Shown: positions 17,957 to 27,461 of the stretch, piece after piece | How the letters are laid out: each line of letters starts with the position of its first letter | Position numbering within the stretch: the first letter of the stretch is position 1 | NCBI GenBank assembly: GCA_965218295.1 | Contig: CBDCKN010000013.1 | Location: forward strand, 64,001 to 128,000 | DNA from: Longimicrobiales bacterium | GTDB lineage: Bacteria > Gemmatimonadota > Gemmatimonadetes > Longimicrobiales > Gaopeijiaceae | Length of the DNA: 64,000 nt | Direction of reading: 5' to 3' | Notes under the pieces: model-generated | What the model was told of the DNA's origin: nothing | The model's database searches: none | The model's input: only the letters and a program-made list of their open reading frames with translations | Translations under genes and position numbers: made by a program

Positions 17957-19776
17957 TCGGTGTTGCCCTCCGCTTCGACGGGTCGCCCGGGCGACCCTGC
18001 ACTCATCTGAAGCCCGAGATCGGTCAGATCCGCGGCCGTCAACGGGGTGGGAGCGCCCTCGAAGAGCGCACGGGCCGCCGTGGTCTTGGGAAACGCGATC
18101 ACGTCCCTGATACTGTTCGCGCCTACGAACTGGGCGACGATCCGATCCATCCCGAAGGCCACTCCACCGTGCGGTGGGGCGCCGGAAGCGAGGGCTCCCA
18201 ACAGGAACCCGAACTTACGGTCGATCTCTTCGTCCTCCAGGCCCAGAATCCTCAGAATCCGACGTTGGATGTCCGGATCGTGGTTCCGGATGCTCCCCGA
18301 ACCGAACTCCACTCCGTTGTACACCAGATCGTACGCCAGACCTCGTGCTGACATCGGCTCCGAGTCGAGGAGCTGGACGTCCTCCGGATGCGGCATGACG
18401 AACGGATGATGATTCGCTGCGGGCTCGCCCTCCGGGCCCGGCTCGAAGATCGGGAAGTCCACGACCCAGAGCCACGCGTGCTCCCGCTCCTTCTCGATGC
18501 CGAGAGCCTCGATGGCAGCCGTCCTTGTAGCGGACAGGGCAGACGACGTGACGCCATCGTCTCCGGTGGCGACCAGCACCAGGTCGCCCGGCGCCATTCC
18601 CAGCGACTGGAAGGCGGCCTCGTCCATGAACCGGGACAAGGAGCCCGAGCCCCCGTCCTCGCCCAGCTTGGCCCAGAGGAGGCCCGGTGCACCTGCAGCT
18701 TTGGCGTGCGACTCGATGGCCTCCACCTGCTTCCTGGACAGACGCGCCCCTCCCTTCAGGAGCAGCCCACGGATGCGCCCCCCGCCTTCCACAGCGGCGT
18801 TGAGTATGGCTGAGTCACCTCCGCTCAGGAGGTCAGTGCAGTCCTGGATCTCGAGGGAGTAGCGGAGATCCGGCCGGTCCGTACCGAAGCGCTCGAGCGC
18901 GTCCTGATAAGTCATCCGCGGGAAGGGCGTGTCCGCCTCCACACCGGGCACCTCGGCCGCCAGCACGGTCATCAGTCCCTCCATCCACCCAAGGATGTCG
19001 TCGGGCTCCACGAAGGATGCCTCGACGTCGATCTGGGTGAACTCAGGTTGCCGGTCCGCCCTGGGATCTTCGTCACGGAAGCAGCGGGCGATCTGGAAGT
19101 AGCGATCGAACCCGGCGGCCATGCAGATCTGCTTATAAATCTGGGGGCTCTGTGGAAGGGCGTAGAACTCTCCTTGGTGCACGCGGCTGGGTACCAGATA
19201 GTCCCTGGCCCCCTCTGGCGTCGGCTTGGTGAGGATGGGGGTCTCCACCTCTACGAAGCCCAGAGCGTCCATATGGTTCCGGCACGCCAGTATCAGGCGA
19301 TGCCTGAGCCGGATGTTGCTCTGGAGCTCGTCGCGGCGAAGATCGAGGACCCGGTGCCTCAGGCGGAGCTCCTCCGAGGGCAACTCGTCCTCTGGCGCCC
19401 GGTACACGGGAATCGCCGGGACGTCGGCGTCGGTGAGTCGGCGAAGAGCCGTGGCCCTGATCTCCACGTCTCCCGTGTCGATCTGGGGATTCCGCGCTTC
19501 GACCGGACGGGCGACCACGGGACCCACCACCGCCACCACATCCTCCGCACCGAGCTGATGGGCCAACTCCAGGGATGACGCCTCCGTCCAATCGGGTCCG
19601 AAAGAGACCTGGATGAGTCCGCTGTGATCACGGAGATCCAGGAAGACCAATCCGCCCAGGTCCCGGCGGCGATGGACCCAGCCCGCCAGCTTCAGCTCGG
19701 CACCCTCATCGCCGGCGCGAATTCCACCGACCATGCGGGAACGGAGCGCGGTTCGCTCGATATCGATGTCCGTCAT
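17953..19776 (-). CDS. aspS: Aspartate--tRNA ligase
   Basis: RRDLGG, PEGARDYLVPSR, ALPQSPQ, FRDED...RQPEFTQ, APPHGG. Confidence 0.96.
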   Translation of the reverse strand: MTDIDIERTALRSRMVGGIRAGDEGAELKLAGWVHRRRDLGGLVFLDLRDHSGLIQVSFGPDWTEASSLELAHQLGAEDVVAVVGPVVARPVEARNPQIDTGDVEIRATALRRLTDADVPAIPVYRAPEDELPSEELRLRHRVLDLRRDELQSNIRLRHRLILACRNHMDALGFVEVETPILTKPTPEGARDYLVPSRVHQGEFYALPQSPQIYKQICMAAGFDRYFQIARCFRDEDPRADRQPEFTQIDVEASFVEPDDILGWMEGLMTVLAAEVPGVEADTPFPRMTYQDALERFGTDRPDLRYSLEIQDCTDLLSGGDSAILNAAVEGGGRIRGLLLKGGARLSRKQVEAIESHAKAAGAPGLLWAKLGEDGGSGSLSRFMDEAAFQSLGMAPGDLVLVATGDDGVTSSALSATRTAAIEALGIEKEREHAWLWVVDFPIFEPGPEGEPAANHHPFVMPHPEDVQLLDSEPMSARGLAYDLVYNGVEFGSGSIRNHDPDIQRRILRILGLEDEEIDRKFGFLLGALASGAPPHGGVAFGMDRIVAQFVGANSIRDVIAFPKTTAARALFEGAPTPLTAADLTDLGLQMSAGSPGRPVEAEGNTE

Positions 19777-20180
19777 GACTGTGTCGTCGACGATGCTCTT
19801 GTTCCTTCGTCGGGCGCCCCCCCGCTCCCGCGGGAGTAATGTCCGAATCTGGCAAAGAGGCCGTAGCCGGCCAGCACTCCAACAGCGTTCGCAAAGCCAT
19901 CCAGGAAGTCCACCTCCCTGCCCGGCACGAACGTCTGGTACCATTCGTTCAGCGCGCCGTATCCCACGCCCACGAGGATCACGAGGACGACCGGCACTTC
20001 CGACGCTGTCCTCATCCTTCCCCACGCAAGGGACAGGCCGAAAATCAGATAGGCGCCCCCGTGGGCCAGCTTGTCCGCTCCGGAGTGCAGGCTGATACCT
20101 GGGGAGTCCCACGCGCTAAACAAAAAGAGGACCGCCGCCCAAAGGGCGGCAGGCCCCCAACCAATGATCTTCTCGATCAT
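19773..20180 (-). CDS. VanZ family membrane protein
   Basis: ADKLAH, EWYQTFVPGR, DGFANAVG. Confidence 0.85.
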   Translation of the reverse strand: MIEKIIGWGPAALWAAVLFLFSAWDSPGISLHSGADKLAHGGAYLIFGLSLAWGRMRTASEVPVVLVILVGVGYGALNEWYQTFVPGREVDFLDGFANAVGVLAGYGLFARFGHYSRGSGGAPDEGTRASSTTQS

Positions 20181-20397
20181 GGATTGTTCGGCGATCGGAA
20201 CAGCGCCCTGTCCTCCTCTCATCAGAAGGCTGCAAGCCTTCTCGTATTTGAATCGAAAGAAGTCTAACCCGGGCACCTGGGCGATACAAGAAAATCTAGA
20301 GGCCTCTAGTCCCGCGGCCCGTCCCGTTATCTTCTCCTTTGATGCGGCGGAGCCACGGCCCCGTGCACGTCGCACGGCGTGCCATCCGACAAAAACC

Positions 20398-21537
20398 ATG
20401 CGCACTGACAAGACCGACCTTCTCGGCCTCACACCCCATGATCTCGAGGTGGTCCTCGAGGCCCATTTCGGCTCCCGCGGCCAGCCGGGGTACCGAGTGG
20501 AGCAGGTGAGGCACTGGATCTTCGAGGAGTGCGTCGAGAGCATCGAGGGCATGACCAATTTGCCAGCGGAGGAGCGTACCGCCCTCGCGTCGACGTTCGT
20601 CCTGGGCGAGGCCGTGGCGGAAACCATCTCCCGCTCCACCGACGGTACGGTCAAACACCTCTGGAAGCTCGCAGACGGGGAGTTCGTGGAATCGGTTCTG
20701 ATCCCCGCCACCGATCGGCTGACCCTCTGCATCTCGTCGCAGGCCGGCTGCGCGATGGGATGCACCTTCTGTGCCACCGGGTGGGCCGGATTCCGACGCC
20801 AGCTGACCGCCGGTGAGATCGTCTCCCAGTACAGGGCGTCCCGCAGGTGGGCCCTGGAGAACGACTACGGCCGGATATCGAACGTCGTCTACATGGGGAT
20901 GGGCGAGCCCTTGAGCAACAGGAAGGCCCTCCACCCCTCCTTGACGATCCTCAACCAGGGGTATGGCCTGGGCGCCCGCCGCATCACGGTGTCAACCGTC
21001 GGTGTCGTGCCCGGGATCCTCGAGCTCGCCGAGCGGCAAGAGCAGTTTCGCCTGGCCGTCTCCCTCCACTCTCCGGAGTCGGAGTTACGCCGGGAGCTCA
21101 TCCCGCTGGAGGGGCGGCACCCTCTGCCGGAGTTGATCGGGGCGCTCCGCCGCTTCGACGAAGCCGGAGGGCGCCGGATCACCTTTGAATACGTCATGAT
21201 TCGAGGGGTGAACGACGCCCCGGCCCTCGCTCCGAAGCTCGCCGAGCTCGCGTCTTCACTCGATGCCTTCGTGAACCTCATCCCCTTCAACCCAATCCCC
21301 TACCAGGATTGGAAGGCGAGCACCGGCCAGCGGATCGAGGAGTTCCGGTCGGTTCTCGAGGAGCGGGGGGTGGCCGTAGCCGTTCGGGTGCCGAGGGGGC
21401 GCGACATCGACGCTGCGTGTGGGCAGTTGCGTGCGAGCGCCCTGGTGGAGCTTCAGACGGGGAAGTCCACCTCAACGAATGCGGGAGAGGATTCGGCTCC
21501 CCCGGACCTCTCGAATCCAGGGGAACGGTCTCAATGA
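20398..21537 (+). CDS. rlmN: Dual-specificity RNA methyltransferase RlmN
   Basis: CISSQAGCAMGCTFCATG, MGMGEP, IDAACGQL. Confidence 0.95.
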   Translation: MRTDKTDLLGLTPHDLEVVLEAHFGSRGQPGYRVEQVRHWIFEECVESIEGMTNLPAEERTALASTFVLGEAVAETISRSTDGTVKHLWKLADGEFVESVLIPATDRLTLCISSQAGCAMGCTFCATGWAGFRRQLTAGEIVSQYRASRRWALENDYGRISNVVYMGMGEPLSNRKALHPSLTILNQGYGLGARRITVSTVGVVPGILELAERQEQFRLAVSLHSPESELRRELIPLEGRHPLPELIGALRRFDEAGGRRITFEYVMIRGVNDAPALAPKLAELASSLDAFVNLIPFNPIPYQDWKASTGQRIEEFRSVLEERGVAVAVRVPRGRDIDAACGQLRASALVELQTGKSTSTNAGEDSAPPDLSNPGERSQ

Positions 21538-22242
21538 GCCTTTGTTGTACGAGAAGTAGATGAACGAAGCCCGCCCCTCGAGACGCCACCCCTCCAGAAG
21601 GCCCCAGTACCGCGAGTCGAGGCTGGTGTCGCGATTGTCCCCCAGCGTGAAGTAGCGATCCTCCGGAATCACCAGCGGGCCCCAGTTGTCGCGGGTCGGG
21701 CGATATGTGGGGCGGTCCACGGTGTCCACAAGGTACTGTGCCTGCCAGGCCATCCACGGATGGGGGAGGTCGCCCTCGGGGTCCACGTGCTTCACGTAGG
21801 GCTCGTCCTGCGCCTCGCCGTTGATCGTCAGCTCGCCCTCACGCATCTCGACCGTATCACCCGGCATGCCGATGAGCCGCTTGACGAGCTTGAGATCGGG
21901 CTCGTGCGGTGGATCGAAGACGATGACGTCACCCCTCCGCACTGCCGAGTATCCGGGAATGTGCATCCGGGTCCCCGGAATCCGTGCACCGATGGCCGCC
22001 CGATTCGCAAGGAGGAAGTCCCCGACCAGCAGGGCGCCCTCCATGGATCCCGAGGTGATGACAAAGGTCTGGAGAAGAAAGGTCCTGATCAGGATGAAGA
22101 GCACAAAAGCGATGAGCAGCGACTTGGTCCATTCGACGACGGCGTTCTCCTTCGCGTCGCCCTTGTCCGACTTGGCGGGATCGGGGCTTTCGCCTCCTGA
22201 ACGTGTCCTGCTGTCGCTCTCGCACCGGCTCTTCTTGGCCAT
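21472..22242 (-). CDS. lepB: Signal peptidase I
   Basis: SGSM, VKRLIG, GDNRDTSLDSRYWG. Confidence 0.95.
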   Translation of the reverse strand: MAKKSRCESDSRTRSGGESPDPAKSDKGDAKENAVVEWTKSLLIAFVLFILIRTFLLQTFVITSGSMEGALLVGDFLLANRAAIGARIPGTRMHIPGYSAVRRGDVIVFDPPHEPDLKLVKRLIGMPGDTVEMREGELTINGEAQDEPYVKHVDPEGDLPHPWMAWQAQYLVDTVDRPTYRPTRDNWGPLVIPEDRYFTLGDNRDTSLDSRYWGLLEGWRLEGRASFIYFSYNKGSLRPFPWIREVRGSRILSRIR

Positions 22243-22263
22243 ACTAGCCGATCAGCCCCTCGA

Positions 22264-22755
22264 TCAGCGGAGATGCTTGCGAAGGTCCCACCACGGGACC
22301 TCGTCGCCGGGAGCGTCCTCGCTCTCCGGGATCTCCGGTGTCCAGTCCCTGCCAAGCAATACGGTCACGTCGAGATAAAGGTTCGAATCCGGCTCGCTCA
22401 GGATCGATGTCGCCCCCAGCGCCGCGCCCACCGCCCGAGCCGCTTCGAACCGGCCCGATCGGTCCAGCACCATCGTGGAGTCCTTGCCGAAGGCCTCGGC
22501 GTTTCCGAAATAGACCACATCGAAGCCCTGATCCCGGAGATGATCGGTGGCCAGGCGGGCCTTGCCGGCCTCGCCACCCGCGTTGAGGACCTCCACCCGA
22601 ATGCGTCCCATCGTGTTCGTCGTCGGATTCCGTGGTGGGGCCACGGACCGCTCCTGCTCGGGGAGCGGCTTCCACTGGGATATGGCCGAACCGATGAAGA
22701 CCCCCGTCGCGAGGACGACGCCCAGGAGCATCAGACCTCGGACGCGCTCGCCCAT
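22264..22755 (-). CDS. LytR C-terminal domain protein
   Basis: TM anchor, VEVLNAGG, GNA, DVTVLLGRD. Confidence 0.85.
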   Translation of the reverse strand: MGERVRGLMLLGVVLATGVFIGSAISQWKPLPEQERSVAPPRNPTTNTMGRIRVEVLNAGGEAGKARLATDHLRDQGFDVVYFGNAEAFGKDSTMVLDRSGRFEAARAVGAALGATSILSEPDSNLYLDVTVLLGRDWTPEIPESEDAPGDEVPWWDLRKHLR

Positions 22756-23345
22756 GCCTGCCCTTTCACCATGACGTTCCAGAAGCCCATCGTTTCAGGT
22801 CGAACCGGTCTTTCTCTGTCCATGAGGTTCCGGAGGCGTAGCCTGAGGATCGCCCGAACGACGTTGTCCAGATCCTCCGGCATGCGCTTCCTCATCTCCC
22901 GACGCCACTTCAGACGGAGCTTCCTGCCCGGCTCCAAGAAGTCTGCGGCGTAGAGCGCCCTGCCCAGGTCCTCGAACTGGGGACTGCCCAGGGTATGGAA
23001 TGCCACAGCCGTCAGGAGGGGCTCGTCCGTCACCCCTCCCTCGCGAAGCCTTGCCGCCGCGGCAGGTCCATGGAGAAGGGCGTCGGGCAGATCGGCCAGG
23101 GGCCCGGATACCAACCGACGGAGCTCCTTGGGCTTCGCGTCTCGCATCATGTCATGAAGATAACCCAGAGCCGTCCAGCGCTGGATATCACGGGGCGACT
23201 CGCTACGAGCCTTGCTCCACTTCTTCAGGAGCTTGGCCACCCGGGCCATGTGCTCCCGCCGGTTCGTCCCTGCGACGGCCCACTTCGGCAGCTCTCCATC
23301 AGCAGCCGCCGCTACCCAGGGGTGGAGCTTCGAGCCTCCGCTCAT
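22731..23345 (-). CDS. HD-domain protein, YqeK-like (Ap4A hydrolase)
   Basis: RREH, LHD, LLHG, HTLG, ADFLEPGR. Confidence 0.85.
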   Translation of the reverse strand: MSGGSKLHPWVAAAADGELPKWAVAGTNRREHMARVAKLLKKWSKARSESPRDIQRWTALGYLHDMMRDAKPKELRRLVSGPLADLPDALLHGPAAAARLREGGVTDEPLLTAVAFHTLGSPQFEDLGRALYAADFLEPGRKLRLKWRREMRKRMPEDLDNVVRAILRLRLRNLMDRERPVRPETMGFWNVMVKGQAWASASEV

Positions 23346-23501
23346 ACCGCCGTGCGGGCTTGATACGGAACGCTTTCGCAGGACACGAAAAGTATGCGCT
23401 CATCCTGGATCGGGAGGCTCGTCCGAAGGCTGTCGGCGGCAACCTAGTGGTGCGTCCGGGAATCGGCTAGGCCCTCTCCCCATACCTGCTATCTTCACGC
23501 C

Positions 23502-25175
23502 ATGACCATGCGATGGGACCCGGTCCTCACGGCTGCGGTGGCGCGGGAGTTGGGCGACGCGCTCTCCGGTGAGCGGCTCAAGGCGATCTTCGTCGACCGC
23601 GGCGCCGGCACTCTCCACGCGTATTTTCGGCAGACCACCCTTCTCGCGGATGTCAACCCGTCACGAGTCGGCCTCGAAATACTGGCCGCAGCCGAGCCTC
23701 CCGATGGGGCCAGGACTTTTCCGTGCCGCCTCTCCACGGTGCAGTCGCTCGCCGATGAGCGTATCCTCGTGCTCGCTCTGCCGAGGGTGCGGGGGCGCGG
23801 AGGAGTCGTCAGGATCGTTCTGGAGCTGGTGCCGAACCGGGGGAACGCCACGGTCGTGGAGGGTGACGCGTGGACCGTCAGACACGTTCTGACCAACCGG
23901 CGCGGGGCCCGGGCGCCCCAGGTTGGGCGGACCTACCCCATGCCCGACTCGACCCGCCGGGGATTGGAAAGACCCTTGAGCCTCGACGAGTGGCTCGATC
24001 TGCTGGGGCCCCAAGAGCCGGAGGCGCGCCGGGCTGTGCTCCTCCGCAACGTGGCGCTCACGTCCCCCATCAACGCTCCAGCCCTTCTCGGGAAGACCGT
24101 GGGAGACGGCGACGGCGCTGACGAGGCCAAGCTCGCGTCGGGTCACGAGCTCTGGATGCGCCTCCGGGAGATCGCGCTCGGGCCGTCCCCACCCGAGGTC
24201 GGTGGCGAGGCACACGTGACGGAATGTCCATGGGGACCGCAGCCGTACCCCCTCTGCCTCCCCGGATACCCATGCCAGGTATCGCCGTCCCTGTTAGACG
24301 CAATTCGTGAAGTCAGAAGCACCGCGGGCACCACGCCTGGTCTGATTCCGTCCGGGCTGACCGGGGCACTGGAGGACGCCCTCTCCCTCGCGCGCAAACG
24401 GACCCGCAAGCTCCGGCGAGAGCTCGAGAGCACGCCCGAGCCCGAAGTGCTCAGGGTGAAGGGCGACCTGATCCTGGCCCATCTCCAACGGGTGCCAAAG
24501 GGAGCCTCCGAGGTGGCGCTCCCCGGCTTCGACGGCGAGGAGATGCCGATCATCCTGGATCCGGCCCTCCCCCCACAGAGGAACGCGGCCCGGTACTACG
24601 ACCGGGCCGGGCGGGCCCAGCGGGCGAGAGGGCAGCTTCCCGACCTGATCCGCGAGGGCGAGGAGAGGGAGGCGACCTTGGCGGAGCTCATGGATCGAGT
24701 GGAGGCCAGAGAGGCTACCGCAGAAGAGATCCGTAACGTTCTGTCGGAGAGAGAGCTACGGGCTCGGACACCCCAGGGAGGGGCCGTCCCCGCCCTTCCC
24801 TACCGCGTCTACCGGACGTCGGGAGGGTTGGAAGTCCGAGTCGGACGGGGATCGGCCTCCAACGACGATCTGACCTTCCGGCACTCCAGGCCCGACGACA
24901 TCTGGCTCCACGCCCGCGACTCGGCCGGAGCTCACGTCATTCTGAGATGGGACGGAAAAGGCGCGCCGCCTGCCCGTGATCTTCACGAGGCGGCGGTGCT
25001 GGCGGCGGTGAATTCGAGGGCCAGGACCTCGGGAAGCGTACCGGTGGATTGGACGCACCGGAAGCACGTCCGAAAGCCCAGGAAGTCTCCGCCGGGGACG
25101 GTGGTCCCGGACCGCGTGAAGACCCTCTTCGTGGAGCCGGACCTGACGCTTCCCGACCGGCTGAGGGAAGGGTAG
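23502..25175 (+). CDS. NFACT family protein (RqcH/Rqc2-like)
   Basis: C-terminal NFACT-R (VGRG...NDDLT, DIWLHA...GAHVIL, VDWT...KPRK) and a coiled coil. Confidence 0.85.
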   Translation: MTMRWDPVLTAAVARELGDALSGERLKAIFVDRGAGTLHAYFRQTTLLADVNPSRVGLEILAAAEPPDGARTFPCRLSTVQSLADERILVLALPRVRGRGGVVRIVLELVPNRGNATVVEGDAWTVRHVLTNRRGARAPQVGRTYPMPDSTRRGLERPLSLDEWLDLLGPQEPEARRAVLLRNVALTSPINAPALLGKTVGDGDGADEAKLASGHELWMRLREIALGPSPPEVGGEAHVTECPWGPQPYPLCLPGYPCQVSPSLLDAIREVRSTAGTTPGLIPSGLTGALEDALSLARKRTRKLRRELESTPEPEVLRVKGDLILAHLQRVPKGASEVALPGFDGEEMPIILDPALPPQRNAARYYDRAGRAQRARGQLPDLIREGEEREATLAELMDRVEAREATAEEIRNVLSERELRARTPQGGAVPALPYRVYRTSGGLEVRVGRGSASNDDLTFRHSRPDDIWLHARDSAGAHVILRWDGKGAPPARDLHEAAVLAAVNSRARTSGSVPVDWTHRKHVRKPRKSPPGTVVPDRVKTLFVEPDLTLPDRLREG

Positions 25176-25214
25176 CCTCGCCAACCGGCTCGGGCAGGGG
25201 CTTCTCTGGGCGGC

Positions 25215-26027
25215 TCAGGGAGTGGCTTCGGAGCCCGCGTCCATGGCCGTGCGAAGCGACGCCAGGAAGGTGCTGGCCTCGGCGGGCCCCCCCCGGTCCA
25301 GCGCCTTGATCAGGGCGCTCCCCACCACGACGCCGTCTGCCACACCGGCCACCAGCGCCGCCTGCTCTGGCGTGGAGATACCGAAGCCCACAGCCACGGG
25401 CAGGTCCACCTCACGCCGGAGGCTTCGAACCTCGGCGGCCAGGCCCTCGCTCAAGGTCTCTCGGGCGCCCGTCACCCCGGTCCGGGAGATGTAGTAGAGG
25501 AACCCCTGGCCGCTCTCGGCCACCTCGGGAATGCGGTCGGGCTCGGTGGTGGGGGCGATGAGCCGGATCAGGTCCAGCGGCGAGTCGAGAATGGCCTCTT
25601 CCACCACGGGATCGGCACCCGTGGGCACGTCCGTGAGGAGGATCCCCTGTGCCCCCGCCTCCACCGCATCCTCGAGGAAGGATTCCAGGCCGTACTGGAG
25701 TAGCGGGTTCACGTAGCTGAAGAGCACGACGGGCGCGTCGGAGACACTCCGGAATGCAGTGAGGACCTCGAGGGCTCCCGCCACGGTCATGCCCCCCTCG
25801 AGAGCCTTGTGGGTGGACTCCTGGATGGTGGGCCCATCTGCCAGGGGGTCGCTGAAGGGGATTCCCAGCTCCAAAAGGTCCCCGCCGGCCTCGGCGATGG
25901 CCGAAAGCACTTCCACACTGGCCTCGGACGAGGGGAAGCCGCACGTCACGTACGGCACCAGAACGCTTCGCCCTTCGCCCTGCCGCTCTTCGAACCGCTG
26001 TGAGATCCCCACCCCTCCCGGGCTCAA
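25215..26027 (-). CDS. trpA: Tryptophan synthase alpha
   Basis: ELGIPFSDPLADGPTIQ, GVTG, VGFGI. Confidence 0.96.
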   Translation of the reverse strand: MSPGGVGISQRFEERQGEGRSVLVPYVTCGFPSSEASVEVLSAIAEAGGDLLELGIPFSDPLADGPTIQESTHKALEGGMTVAGALEVLTAFRSVSDAPVVLFSYVNPLLQYGLESFLEDAVEAGAQGILLTDVPTGADPVVEEAILDSPLDLIRLIAPTTEPDRIPEVAESGQGFLYYISRTGVTGARETLSEGLAAEVRSLRREVDLPVAVGFGISTPEQAALVAGVADGVVVGSALIKALDRGGPAEASTFLASLRTAMDAGSEATP

Positions 26028-26051
26028 AGACCTCGCCCCGGAGTCTGACGA

Positions 26052-27461
26052 TCACATGATATAGTCGCTGACACGGATCCCGTACTTCTGGGGGTTGGTG
26101 GTCTTGATGATGACACGGCCATCGAGCGAGAGATCCACCTGCAGGGGCTCGGTGAGCGGGATCCCCATCCCGTCGGAGATGATCTTCACCATGGGCTGGT
26201 GGAGGTGGGCGACGTCGGGGTTGGTCTTGGAGACGACCGCCAGCTCCAAGGTGTCGAGGATGACGAGGGTGCCCACCGGATAAACCCCGGTGGCGTTGAT
26301 GAACGTCTTCACGATCAGCTGATCGAAGCCGCGACGGGGGTTGTCCCGCATCTCCTTGAGGACCTCGTCAGGCGGCCAGGGCTCGTACTGGTAGCTCCGC
26401 ACCGACGTCCCGGCGTCGAACCCATCGGCCACGGCCACGATGCGCGAGAAGAGGCCCGGGTTCCGAGGGCGTGTATTCTCGGGGTATCCGCTCAGGTCGA
26501 TCTTCATGTGATGCTCGTAGGCCATAAGCATCTGGCGGTACGGAATGTCGGCGAAGCCGTGCATCTCGAAGAGGAGGATGAGCCCCTCCGTGGGATGCTG
26601 CTTCATAGCCTCCCACTCTTCGTCGGTGAGCCCGCCGGCTTTGTTGATGACCTCGCTGTCGACGGCCATCTTGCCGATGTCGTGGAAGAGCGCGCCGAGG
26701 CCGAGCTCATAGAGCTGTGTCTTGCTGAGGCCCAGCCGCTCCCCGATGACCACGCTGAAAATGCAGACGTTCACCGAGTGGGTGAACGTGTACTCGTCGA
26801 AGCCACGCAGGGTCGTCATGGTCACCATGGACGACTCGTTGTCCAGCACCTGATCCACGATTCCCTGCACCGCCCGTTTGACCTTCCGGACGTTTACGGC
26901 CTTGCCGAGGCGCATGTCGGTAAGCACGTCCTTGGCGACCTTGACCGACTGGGCATACGTGCCCTTGGCAGCCGCTATGGCGTCTCGCTCCAGCAGCTCC
27001 GGCTCGAGGGTCCCCGACTCGGACCGAACCTCAATGTGCTTCGCGGGCGTCTGCGACAGGCGCTCGACGAACGCCTCGAAGGGCTCTTCTTCCTTGGGAT
27101 CCCGGAGGAGAACGGAGATGAAGGGCGCCCACTCGGAGCGCTCCACGTTGGCGTCGATGGCAACCTCGCCGATGCCATGCCCGGTCAGGGCCGACGAGAA
27201 GCTCCCGAAGGTGGCGAAGTTCGAGAGGTCGAGTCGGAGCCTCGTCTCGTTCATGAAGAAGAAGTCACCCACCAGATGGAGCTCGAGTCCGCCCTCGTGC
27301 TTGAAGAACTCGTTCATCTGCCCGTGGAGGTCGTCGATGGCCTGCTGGACCCGGGTATTCTCCAACGGATAGAGCTTCAGGGACCGGAGAACCACGTAAA
27401 ACGCCGTAAGGAGCCGGCTTCCGAGCTCCTGGACGATTCCGGCATCGTCGAGGGGGCTCAC
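26052..27461 (-). CDS. HD-GYP domain phosphodiesterase
   Basis: HSVNV, FHDIGK, EHH...SGYP, VADGFDA. Confidence 0.9.
   Translation of the reverse strand: MSPLDDAGIVQELGSRLLTAFYVVLRSLKLYPLENTRVQQAIDDLHGQMNEFFKHEGGLELHLVGDFFFMNETRLRLDLSNFATFGSFSSALTGHGIGEVAIDANVERSEWAPFISVLLRDPKEEEPFEAFVERLSQTPAKHIEVRSESGTLEPELLERDAIAAAKGTYAQSVKVAKDVLTDMRLGKAVNVRKVKRAVQGIVDQVLDNESSMVTMTTLRGFDEYTFTHSVNVCIFSVVIGERLGLSKTQLYELGLGALFHDIGKMAVDSEVINKAGGLTDEEWEAMKQHPTEGLILLFEMHGFADIPYRQMLMAYEHHMKIDLSGYPENTRPRNPGLFSRIVAVADGFDAGTSVRSYQYEPWPPDEVLKEMRDNPRRGFDQLIVKTFINATGVYPVGTLVILDTLELAVVSKTNPDVAHLHQPMVKIISDGMGIPLTEPLQVDLSLDGRVIIKTTNPQKYGIRVSDYIM

Noticed and set aside
17953..19776. Non-discriminating AspRS
   Set aside because: It has RRDLGG (Leu, not His) and asnS is present, so an ordinary discriminating enzyme is likely.
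19777..20777. Long N-terminal extensions of aspS, vanZ and rlmN in the ORF track
   Set aside because: They overlap neighbouring genes. Internal ATGs give normal lengths and coupled junctions.
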